64,000 bases of DNA, taken from NCBI RefSeq assembly GCF_018977255.1, contig NW_024704742.1, forward strand, positions 43,092,001-43,156,000. Reading direction: 5' to 3'. The stretch comes from Callorhinchus milii. Its lineage: Eukaryota. Shown here piece after piece: positions 11,563 through 21,630 of this stretch (the first letter of the stretch is position 1; every line of letters starts with the position of its first letter). The position numbers and the translations under genes were made by a program. Below the pieces are notes generated by a model. That model ran no database searches. It was not told the DNA's origin and was given only the letters and a program-made list of their open reading frames with translations.

Positions 11563-11877
11563 TAATAATAAAAATAATAATAATCCTTGCATTTTGATAT
11601 AGCACTTTTCATGTATTGTAGATGTTTCAAAGCGCTTCACAGAATATACTGTAAAGTGAATTGACTGTATATTTATGGGTGAAACGCGGCAGCCAGATTG
11701 CGCACAGTAGTGTCCCATAAACAGTCGGGAATTGAAGTGACCATTTTTTTTCTTAAGGGATTATTATCAGGCATGTGGAGTAAGTAAACTTGCCCAAGGT
11801 TTCGTCCTGCTGGGAATCGAACCCAGTTCTCTCGCTTGCGAGACAAGTGCTCTTACCACTGAGCTACAGCACTCCAC
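11563..11877 (-). mobile_element. Young tRNA-Ala-derived Deu SINE (SINE2-1_CM-like), full length
   Basis: Head with A box TAGCTCAGTGG and B box GGTTCGATTCC, Deu core, (ATT)n tail. Flanked by ACTAATA on both sides. Confidence 0.92.
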
Positions 11878-11995
11878 TAATACAAGATCCTGCACTGGGA
11901 TCTCTTATACATTTCTCCCCAATCCATGTTTCACCATGTAGAACATAAAGGATAATCAGAATAATGGGATCTTTTAATATAAATCGAACAATGTA

Positions 11996-12320
11996 AATAA
12001 TAATAATAATCCTTGCATTTGATACAGTGCCTTATTATATCGTCGATACGTCTCAAAGTGCTTTACAGGATACATTGTAATGTGTAGTGACTGTGCTTTG
12101 TGGGTGAAACATGGCAGACAATTGTGCACAGCATAGTATCACAAACAGTCGTGAATTGAGTGACCGAATTATTATTTTGGGGGGAGGGATTATTACCCCC
12201 AGAAGGTTATCCGCCAATCGACTAAAAAATGGGTTCCTACTTACTGCTAGGTACGCAGAGGCGTGTATGTGGAATAAGGAAACTTGCCTAAGGTTTTGTC
12301 CTGCCCGGGAATCGAAATGA
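11996..12320 (-). mobile_element. Young SINE, long-body variant, head truncated
   Basis: Same tail and Deu core, plus the extra body segment GGGTTCCTACTTACTGC. It ends at the B box. Confidence 0.88.
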
Positions 12321-13284
12321 CATACATTGGGGCTTAAATTGCAGTAATTACTAGCAGAATCATATAATAATAATTCTACATTTGATATAGTCCCCAATCA
12401 CATCATCAAAACATCTCTTAGCGCTGCACAGGATTTATGTGTAAAGAGTATTGAGCAGATTCTTTAGTAACAACTCTGTTTTCCAAACGGGGACTCCTTT
12501 CAGCAACCAGAAGCACATCACACTGACTGATCCGCGTGTCGATCACATGCAAGTTGAGTACTCACAGTCTGGCATGACATTCTGTTCTTCCAGTAGGTCA
12601 GCTAACTAACCACAGAGTATGGACTGAAACTAGAACACAATTCCTTAATAATGACTCCAAGTCTGATTTATTTGCCGTTAACCCCATTATTACACGAAGC
12701 CTATCAAGTTGTGATTGTGAATTTGAACTGACACATGCTGTAATCTGCATACTTCTCCTAAACAAATGACCCAGAAGTCTGAGAACCCAAAGCTCATCAT
12801 ATTAGTTTACAAAGAGCATTTTGCCCAAGCTCTGGTTCAGCAAGCTCTAACAAAGACTCAAATATATGAACCTAGACATTATAATGTAACTCCACCACAC
12901 AGGGACTTAACATTGAGGATGTCGTACCAGTATTTCCAATGTAAGGAGGCAAACTGGAGAGATTAGTGGTATATTGCAGCCATTGCAAGCCTGAGACACC
13001 TATGCAGGTAAAGATGGGGATGAAAATTGTTGAGCAGTCTCAGCTATTTCCTTCGTGGTAAACCTAAACCTTTAAATGTGCTGCTGGTTAGATAAGGTGA
13101 GGTCATTTATTCTCAGAATGCTCAAACTTTCATAAGTCTAAAGCCTTATTCTTGCTTCCCACCTCCCAATCTGTGGCTGCAAACCTGTTCCTCTTCAGAT
13201 AACACAAGTGATACGTGTGACATTTTGCAATGCTGTGTATTCAGTATAATTATATTGTTGAAACCTGGATACAATTCAGTTGAG

Positions 13285-13445
13285 TTCACAATGCTCTTTA
13301 CCCCCTCCTCGCTCCCTCCCATCCCTTCCCTCACCCTGATCATTTCCCCCCTGCTAGGGTCCCGACCCAATTGTCCAGCGCCTTGGGACGTCCTCCCGAC
13401 GTGAAAGGCACTCTATAAATGCAATCTTGTTGTTGTTGTTGTTGA
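13285..13445 (+). mobile_element. L2 LINE 3' terminus with (GTT)n tail
   Basis: CCAGCGCCTTGGGACGTCCTCCCGACGTGAAAGGCACTCTATAAATGCAATC(TTG)n. Confidence 0.8.
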
Positions 13446-13793
13446 AACACTATCCTGCAATGAAGGGTGCAAAATAAATGCAAGTTGTTGTATGAATTAT
13501 TTTAAGTTAAGTAGAATCCATTCCCCCCAATAATTAGTTAAATTAGTGTTTTTTGTTTCACTGTGGTTAATGATTACTATTGATTTAAATTGATATTGAA
13601 ATACACATGGCAGCATAAATACCACACAAAGTACTCTTATCATCTGAAATAACCTGTTCTCCATAGTGCTTAGATCACTCATTAGATTACGAAAACATTT
13701 GAATTTTTAAAATTTATTAACATAACATGTAGGAGCAGGAGTAGGCCATTCGGCCCTTCGAGCCTGCCCTGCCATTCAATCATGGCTGATCTT

Positions 13794-16700
13794 CTAATCT
13801 AACTCCAGCTGATAACCTGACCCTGCCTTATCCCCATATCCCTTAATCCCTTTTGCAATAAGAAATCTATCTATCTCAGTCTTGAATATGTTCAAGGACT
13901 GAGCATCAACAGCCCTTTGGGGTAGTGAGTTCCATACATTCACCACCCTTTGAGTGAAGAAGTTCTTCCTCAACTCAGTGCGAAAGGGCTGGCCTCTGAT
14001 TTTAAGGTTGTGACTCCTGGTTTTAGTTTCTCCAACCAGGGGAAACAATCTCTCACTATCTACTCTATCATGCCCTTTGATGATCTTATAGGTTTCTATA
14101 AGATCCCCTCTAATTCTTCTATATTCTAGAGAGTATAGACCCAAATTGGTCAGCCTATCCTTGTAACTCAACCCCTTCATCCCTGGTACTAACCTAGTAA
14201 ATCTACGCTGCACCCCCTCCAAGGCAAGTACATCCTTCCTTAAATGAGGAGACCAAAACTGGACACAATATTTCAGGTGTGGTCTCACCAGGGCCCTATA
14301 CAGTTGCAGCAAGACTTCCCTACTCTTAAACTCTAATGCTTTCATAATGGATGCTAACATAACGTTCGCCTTCCTAATTGTTTGCTGCACCTGCAGACTA
14401 ACTTTCTGTGATTGGTGTACAAGGACTCCCAAATCCCTTTGGACGCTAACACATTCCAATAATAATAATAAAAATAATCCTTGCATTTGATATAGCGCTT
14501 TTCACGTCGGGAGGACGTCCCAAAGCGCTTCACAGAACACACTGTAAAGGGAATTGACTATATATTTGTGGGCGAACGCGGCAGCCAATTGCGCACAGCA
14601 ATGTCCCACAAACAGTCGTAGATTGAAAATGACCAATTTATTATTGTTTTTGGTTTTGGAGGGATTATTATTAGGCGTGTGGAGTAAGGAAACTTGCCCA
14701 AGGTTTTGTCCTGCCTGGAATTGAACTCAGGTCTCTCACTTGCAAAGCGAGTGCTCTAACCACTGAGCTACAGGACTCCACAAATCTCTCCCCTTCTAAA
14801 AAATAACCCGCTCTACTGTTTTTGCTACCTAGGTGGACGACTTCGCACTTCCCTACATTATACTTCATCTGCCACCTACCTGCCCAATCACCTAACCTAT
14901 CTATGTCTCGCTGCATTTTTTTAATGTCGTCCTCTGTGTTGACACTTCCTCCTAGTTTTGTGTCATCTGCGAATTTAGATATATTAACTTTGATGTCCTC
15001 ATCTAGATCGTTGATATAAATGGTAAATGGCTGAGGCCCAAGGACTGATCCTTGTGGCACTCCACTGGTCACATCCCGCCAATCTGAAAAGGACCCGTTT
15101 ATCCCTACTCTTTGTTTCGTACCCGTTAACCATTCCCCAATCCACGTTAATATGCTCCTCCCAATTCCATGGGCCCTCATCTTTTGGACTAACCTTTTAT
15201 GCGGCACCTTATCGAATGCCTTCTGGAAGTCCAAATAGACCACATCCACTGATTCATCCTTATCTAGTTTACTGGAAATATCCTCAGAAAGCTCTATGAG
15301 ATTTGTCAAACATGACTTCCCTTTTGTAAAGCCATGCTGACTTGGTCTAATTATATTGTGCTTCCCTAAATACCGCACTACAACATCCTTAATCAATGAT
15401 TCTAAAATTTTTCCTATCACTGATGTGAGACTAACTGGCCTATAGTTCCCCATCTTTTCCTTTTCACCTTTTTAAAATAGTGGTGTGACATTTGCCATCT
15501 TCCAATCCATGGGGACTGCTCCAGAATCCAAGAAATTTTGGAAGATCAGACACAAGGCCTCCACTATCTCATAAGCTACCTCTTTTAAAACCCTGGGATG
15601 CAAGCCATCCGGACCAGGGAATTTGTCACTTTTTAGTGCTAACAGTTTCCCAAGCACCAATTCTCTACTGATGAAAATTTCCCTAAGTTATCCCTTTGGT
15701 GCATCTCTATTGTTGTCAGACTTGTTGTGTCTTCTAGGGTGAAGACAGATGCAAAGTACCCATTTAGGGACTCTGCCATGTCCTTGTCCCCCATTACAAC
15801 TTCTTCTGTCTCTGACTGAAGTGGACCTACATTTACCATCACTAGCCTATTCCTCTTTATATATTTGTAAAAACTTTTACAATCAGACTTAATGTTCCTA
15901 GCTAGCTTATCCTCATACTCCTTTTTCTCGCTCTTAATGAGTTTTTTAAGTTTTTTTTGCTGGTTTCTAAAACTCTCCCAATCTTCAGATTTGCCGCTTT
16001 TCTTGGCAGTTTTATAAGCCTTTTCTTTTAATTTGATGCTTTCCCTAACTGCTCTAGTTAGCCACGGATGAATTGCTTTCCCTGTGGTACTCTTATTCCG
16101 CAAGGGAATATGCGACCGCTGAGAATTTTGCACTACATCCTTAAATATTTGCCACTGTTGGTCTACATTTTTACCTCTTAATCTTATTCTCCAGTCTATT
16201 TTACCTAAATCTTTCCTCATACCTACAAAATTAGCCTTATTTAAATTCAGAATACTTGCCTCGGATTTAACCATATCCCTCTCTAACTTAATGCAGAATT
16301 CAATCATATTGTGATCACTCTGCCCTAGAGGAGTCTTACTACCTACACTGCCAACTAGCCCTGTTTCGTTACACAAAACAAGGTCTAGGATGGCCTGTCC
16401 CCTTGTTGGTTCCTCGGCATGCTGCTCTAGAAAATTATCTCTCATACACTCAATGAACTCTTCTTCTGACCTACTTTTGCCGATTTGGTTTTCCCAATCT
16501 ATGTGGAGATTGAAATCACCCACTATTATCGCTTTACCTTTCCTACATGCTCCACTGATTTCTTGATTGATACCCTGTGCTATATTGTGATCGCTGTTTG
16601 GGGGTCTATAAACCACTCCCATTAATATTTTCTGTCCTTTATTATTTTTTATTTCCACCCATATTGTCTCGACCTCCTGGTCATCGGATTTCAGAGACTT

Positions 16701-16829
16701 CCTCTCCACTTCTTTTATTTCATCCCTAATTAACAGGGCTATCCCCCCACCTCTTTTCCCACAGTGCCCATCTTTCCTGTAAACTGAGAACCCTGGAATA
16801 TTTAACTCCCACCCTAGATCTCCTTGTAA
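13794..16829 (-). pseudogene. CR1 ORF2 (endonuclease/reverse transcriptase), disrupted
   Basis: ORF pieces 15639-16709 (extends open to 16829), 15472-15660, 14783-15453 and 13794-14457. The lesions are one frameshift/deletion near 15660-15700, one in-frame stop at 15472-15474 (LF*KG for LFKKG), and a SINE insertion. Confidence 0.95.
14458..14782 (-). mobile_element. Young tRNA-Ala SINE, full length, nested in the CR1 RT region
   Basis: TGTGGAGTCCTGTAGCTCAGTGGTTAGAGCACTCGCTTTGCAAG head through to the (ATT)n tail. Removing it restores GAG AGA TTG GAA TGT (ERLEC). Confidence 0.97.
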
Positions 16830-16831
16830 TC

Positions 16832-16940
16832 ATTAATAATAATTTGATCACTCAGTCCAAGACAGTTTATGGGACACTGCTGTGCGCAATTGGCTGTCAC
16901 ATTTCACCCACAAAATATACAATAAATTCACTTTTTACTG
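16832..16940 (+). mobile_element. SINE Deu-core fragment
   Basis: TTTATGGGACACTGCTGTGCGCAATTGGCTGTCACATTTCACCCACAAAATATAC. Confidence 0.8.
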
Positions 16941-17031
16941 TTGTAAATACCTAGGGGTATCCAGATCAAATAGGATCTATCCTTTCCCCTGAATCTTCAA
17001 AACATATTTAGAAAATTGGTTAAAAATATAG

Positions 17032-17098
17032 TTTATATTTTAGGCATTCCATACATACAAAGTCGAACTTTGTGCCTATGGAATGCCTAAATTATAAA
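17032..17098. repeat. Near-perfect inverted repeat (32-bp arms, 3-nt loop)
   Basis: TTTATATTTTAGGCATTCCATACATACAAAGT-CGA-ACTTTGTGCCTATGGAATGCCTAAATTATAAA; 28 of 32 positions are Watson-Crick. Confidence 0.9.
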
Positions 17099-17149
17099 AG
17101 GAGGAGAGGACTGAAAATATTATTCTGAGAATTGAATGAGACACGAATA

Positions 17150-17530
17150 AAGCAATTATAGGCCAGTTAGTCTAATATTATATGCAGTTAACTACTTGAG
17201 ACCATTTTTCTGAATATTATTCAGTGTTCATTTACAGACCAAAGAGGTTATAAAGGGTAGTTAGCATAGTTTTTGACATAGCAGTTCATTTTTCACACAT
17301 CTACTGGATTTCTAGGAAGAGGTAACTAAATTAATGGATGAGGGTTATTCAGTGGATATAATTTAATTTACTTGGCCTTATCAGAAGGCATTTGATAAAG
17401 CCCTGTGTCTTAGACTGTTAAAGAAGATAAAGTGGCATGGAATTAATGGCAAATTAGCTAGCTATATTAGAAATTGGCTTTGTAATGGAAAACAGAAAGT
17501 AATGCTAAATGGACAAGCATGTATAGGGGT
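17150..17530 (+). mobile_element. Old CR1 RT fragment
   Basis: AATTATAGGCCAGTTAGTCTA (NYRPVSL) and CAGAAGGCATTTGATAAAG (QKAFDK). Confidence 0.8.
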
Positions 17531-18508
17531 AGTGTGGATGGTCGACTGTAGGGTTTTCTCTGAGTCCCCAACAAATATTTAAATTGGGATCAGTAATAAC
17601 ATCCACATCCAATTGCTAGGTATCTATTAGATGCCTATTAATTGTAAATTATTACTATAAATTGTAATAATAATACATGTATTCAATTCACTGTTTAATA
17701 ACATTGAAACGTAAGCAAGGATAAAATTCAATTAACTGGTATCTGCACTCAATGGCCATGTGTTTCCATTTACATGATCTCAGTTATAGCTTTGATACCC
17801 CTGATTATTTGCCAGCCTATTTCATAGGTTGTTAACCTTAACTATTATATCTTTGACATCATTTAACTTAAGCATCCTGTATGAGGTGTATCAATTGTAA
17901 TTTTAGCAAAAGTCACTCTGTTATTCTTTATTTCGCAGAGCAGTTAACACACAAAAAAATGTGATTACACAGAGGGTAATGTTTCTCCTGAATGTAAAAG
18001 TAACATACTGTCGTTTCAGTCAATTGGACGATTTGTGCAATAAAAACAATTCTTGCTATTTTGTGCCTCACATGTTGATACTGGCTAACAGTTTCGAAAA
18101 AAAGATTGAAACGAAAGATCAAATGATCCTGGAATGCATGTGCTCCTTATTTTGAATTCCTCAACCAGAGGGATGCATCATCTACTATCCAGCTCAGGGC
18201 TGGCCTGTAGAAGTACAAATTGGTTATCCCTGATCTAGCTTATTAATGCCCATCATTTTAAACACATGAATCAGATTTGAGGAATATAATCAAAGTGCAC
18301 CCAACCTCTAATTGCAGCTAATCCCTTCATCCCAGCATTAATGCATTAATTACGGCATTAATCCAGTGAATCATCACTGGATGCTTTCCAAATCTAGCAT
18401 TTCCTTCCTAAAATTGGGTGCCCCTAACTGAACACATTACCCTAAATGATGTCTGACTAAGATTCTGGAGTAGCATTTCCTTGCTTTTATATTTTATGTT
18501 ATTTTATA

Positions 18509-18887
18509 TGTGGAGTCCTGTAGCTTAGTAGTTGGAGAACTCGCCTCGCAAGCAAGAGGACCTGGGTTCGATTCCCAGCAGGGCAAAATGTTGAGCAAGT
18601 TTCCTTACTCCACATGCCACTGTTTACCAAGCAATGAGTAGGAATCAGGTTGTTAGTCAATTGGCAGATCACTTTTCCGGGGGTAATAATCTCTCCAAAA
18701 ACAAATAAATGGTGGTTGTTTGGTCACTCAATCCAGGACTGTTTGTGAGACACTGCTGTGTACAATTGGCTGCTGCATTTTGCCCATAAAATGTGCAGTT
18801 GGTTCACTTTACAGTATATTCTGTGAAGCGCTTTGAGACATCTCAAAGATGTGATCAGGTGCTATATCAAATGCAAGGATTATTATT
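18509..18887 (+). mobile_element. tRNA-Ala SINE, long-body variant, full length, inside a decayed minus-strand CR1 (~18300-19270)
   Basis: TGTGGAGTCCTGTAGCTTAG...CTGGGTTCGATTCCCAG head, Deu core, tail ATCAAATGCAAGGATTATTATT. Confidence 0.93.
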
Positions 18888-18889
18888 CA

Positions 18890-19177
18890 TCACATCACAT
18901 CACATGTTATTCACGCTTTCATCACATCTGGGCCTTTCTGTCCCCACCCTATAGAAATCCGTTCCCACATTCCCTTTGCCTCACTCCCTCCCTTGCCTCC
19001 AAGGCGCATCTCAAAATCCTCCTCTTCGAACGAGCCTTTGGCCACCCTCCTTCCCTCCCTGCGCTCTACCCTCCCTGATCCCAACAACCAGCTCGGGTCC
19101 AAATGCCTGACACTCCAGCGCCTTGGGAGGTCCTCCTGACGTGAAACTCGCTATACAAATGTGATTTTGTGTTGTAT
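18890..19177 (+). mobile_element. L2 3' fragment
   Basis: Pyrimidine-rich body ending CCAGCGCCTTGGGAGGTCCTCCTGACGTGAAA..CTATACAAATG. Confidence 0.8.
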
Positions 19178-19302
19178 GTAGAACAGATTACCATCCACAT
19201 TTTTGCATCCAATGTATACTACATATCACTTTTCTATGTTAAACTTCATCTGCCATTATTCCACTTATTTACTTAGCGATAGAAGGCAAAAGGATATTTT
19301 GT

Positions 19303-19500
19303 TTGGTCAGCCGGGTGTCTGACACGTGTGGAAACCGATCACCATGTTAAGAGTATCCAAACCAAACTGAGAGTTCCGTGATTACCATCAATACATGGAA
19401 ATTCACGAAATATTTATTGGGATAGAATGTCCACTCTCTCCCTGGAGGATGCATCCTCCTTATCTAATTCCGGGTCCTTATGTGAAGGGCTTTGGTAAAT
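19303..19500 (+). repeat. Ancient unclassified repeat family A, 5' part
   Basis: GTGGAAACCGATCACCATGTTAAGAGTATCCAAACC...CACTCTCTCCCTGGAGGATG is shared with 1-55, 34015-34460, 35495-35550, 44740-45300 and 62105-62470. Confidence 0.8.
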
Positions 19501-19671
19501 AGACATTCCCGCTGTGAAGCTGTGTCCAAGGTCGGACATTGCTGTGTGCAAAGTTCACCTACAAAATACACAGTCACTAGACTTTACAGTATATCCTGTG
19601 AAGCGCTTTGAGACATTCTTCTATGGAAAGGTGCTATATCAAATGCAATTGACATTCTTGAAAAGAAGCTA

Positions 19672-19770
19672 GCTTTCAAATTAAAGCTACATTTAAGGAT
19701 TTTCTACTATTCTGCATGATGATGAATTTTATGCCAAAATGGTCTTGCAGCTGAGAGAGAATTTCAGGCC
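19672..19770. mobile_element. Second, partial copy of the palindromic MITE
   Basis: TTCAAATTAAAGCTACATTTAAGGATTTTC...GCCAAAATGG...GAATTTCAGGCC|TTA aligns to 9460-9544. Confidence 0.65.
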
Positions 19771-20599
19771 TTATATTTCTTTCTTCTATCACAGAGCAGT
19801 GGATGTGTGGAAGAAACCCTTATTAAAAACAGCAAATGCTACATTAATTCACTCTTTTATACAGAAGTTGGAAAGGATTAAAAGTAAGTACAAGATTGAA
19901 GGTTAAAGGAATAAATATAGACAGGGATGATCAAATACTCTGTGGAACACTGTGGTTCCTGTCCTGCTGGGACCACAGGAATATCAACTGTAGAGTATAT
20001 CCAGTCAGGGTTGAATGATGTGAATTGTAATGTTAAATCAACATCCTGGAGTTTTTGCTCAATTGCATTTTGTGGTCCGGGAGACATTTTAGTGGGTGTG
20101 ATTTGAACGTTTACCTGTGATTTTTTCATCTGTCTTGAGATTAAATAAATTGGTGAGACATCCATGATAACTACAAATTTTACATGTTTTGTCAGATTGA
20201 ATATATTTTCATTCCCAATTGTTAGCTGTTATTCACAATCTGAGAAAATATAGCTATAATTTTTTCATAAAAATATACAACACACAACTTGCATTTATAT
20301 ATAGTGCTATTCAGTACTTTGGAGTGCTTAAAAGTTGTGGAGCTTGACGCCGAGCAGGACAGAGAGGGGAGGTGACCTTGGGCATGTCAATAAACTGGTA
20401 ATCAGTTGTTTTTTTATGGGTGGTGGAGCTGAGGAGACAGCAAGGTATTGGAAAAATCGGGGAGGAGAGGTGACAAATATATGAATAACAGTTTTGGTGG
20501 AATTGGATGTGAGGTATGGTCAGAGATGGGCAATGTGGGTGATGTGGCAAAGGATTAAATATAAAATATTAAATTAAAAGACAATATTTACCAGTTTAT

Positions 20600-20745
20600 T
20601 AGCTATTACGGCAGTAAGCCAAACAGATCTTAAAAAAAACACAGGGTTGAATGGAGGCCTGTTCTGAGGTAGATTGTCCCAGCCAGGGGGTACTTGTAGG
20701 GTGCTACAGTTGGATTCAACATCCCTGGAGGAAAAAATCTGAACC
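20600..20745 (+). mobile_element. MER131-like SINE 5' fragment
   Basis: GTTCTGAGGTAGATTGTCCCAGCCAGGGG..GTAGGGTGCTACAGTTGG..CCCTGGAGGAAAAAATC. Confidence 0.5.
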
Positions 20746-21314
20746 CCAATATAATGGAAAAGTCAAGCACTTTTGTGAGAGGAGAAAATTGGGGAGAATT
20801 CATGGCAAGAAGCTCTTTTAAAAATAGTCTCTTTGGTAGTGTAACCAATAGGACTGGAAACCGTTAATTCTGTTCTGAAAACCCAGCTATTATAATAATG
20901 ATTTTTTGCTTTTGGTTTTCACGTGCAGCTCTCCTGCTACTATTTTTTTCTATTAGGATTGCAGACACACCATCATATCTGTTCCTATTAAATGTGAACA
21001 GCAAGTGGTCATATTCTAATCCACGTATAACAATCCTCTCTGCTGTGGAGTCACAGATCATTGAATTTTTCACTTTCCATATTTGGCCTTCTGGTCCACA
21101 GATATTTTTGGGTCCATTTCTGTCCCTGACTCATTGCCTTCATTACCTAGCATTGGAAGGTTTTCTTTACTCCGTGTGCTTTCAGTCAAGCAAGAATTCA
21201 CTGTACTGGAATGAAACATAAGAATATTAGCTGGTTCAGGACATACTGAAAATGCATGTAGTGCCAATTAGATCTAGGCCTAGATATAGAATTAGATATG
21301 GAATGCTCCAACCA

Positions 21315-21630
21315 AATAATAATAATAATAATCTTTGCATTTGATATAGCTCTTTTCACGTCTTCTCGACATCTCAAAGCGCTTCACTGAATAGACTGTA
21401 AAGTGAATAGACCCTATATTTGTGGGCGAAACGTGGCAGCCAATTGCGCACAGCAGTGTCCCACAAACAGTCGTGGATTGAAAATGACCAATTTACTATT
21501 GTTTTGTTTTGGAGGGATTATTATTAGGCGTGTGGAGTAAGGAAATTTACCCAAGGTTTCGCCCTGACTGGAATTGAACCCAGGTGTCTCGCTTGCAAGG
21601 CGAGTGCTCTAACCACTGAGCTACAGGACT
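21315..21630 (-). mobile_element. Young tRNA-Ala SINE, full length (short body)
   Basis: Nearly identical to 14458-14782 and 28056-28365. Confidence 0.95.

Larger units (their letters stand above)
13719..16830 (-). mobile_element. Young 5'-truncated CR1-clade LINE (~2.8 kb plus nested SINE)
   Basis: ORF2 motifs in order: APE (GVVYRPP, VGDFN, LDLVL, SDHN), PGPDG, NYRPVSLTS, LDFQKAFDKV, GVPQGSVLGP, KFADD, C-terminal FFTQRVVNVWNSLP. The shark-type 3' UTR (CAGGCTCGAAGGGCCGAATGGCCTACTCCTGCTCCT) follows. Confidence 0.97.

Noticed and set aside
14700..14782. tRNA-Ala gene (also at 11800, 18510, 21555 and 28290)
   Set aside because: Each tRNA-like head continues directly into a SINE body and tail with no oligo-T terminator. 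These are SINE heads, not tRNA genes.
14671..15453. Stand-alone RT or retron-like system with adjacent structured RNA
   Set aside because: The RT is a piece of CR1 ORF2 and its C-terminal 37 or so residues are read-through into an inserted SINE.
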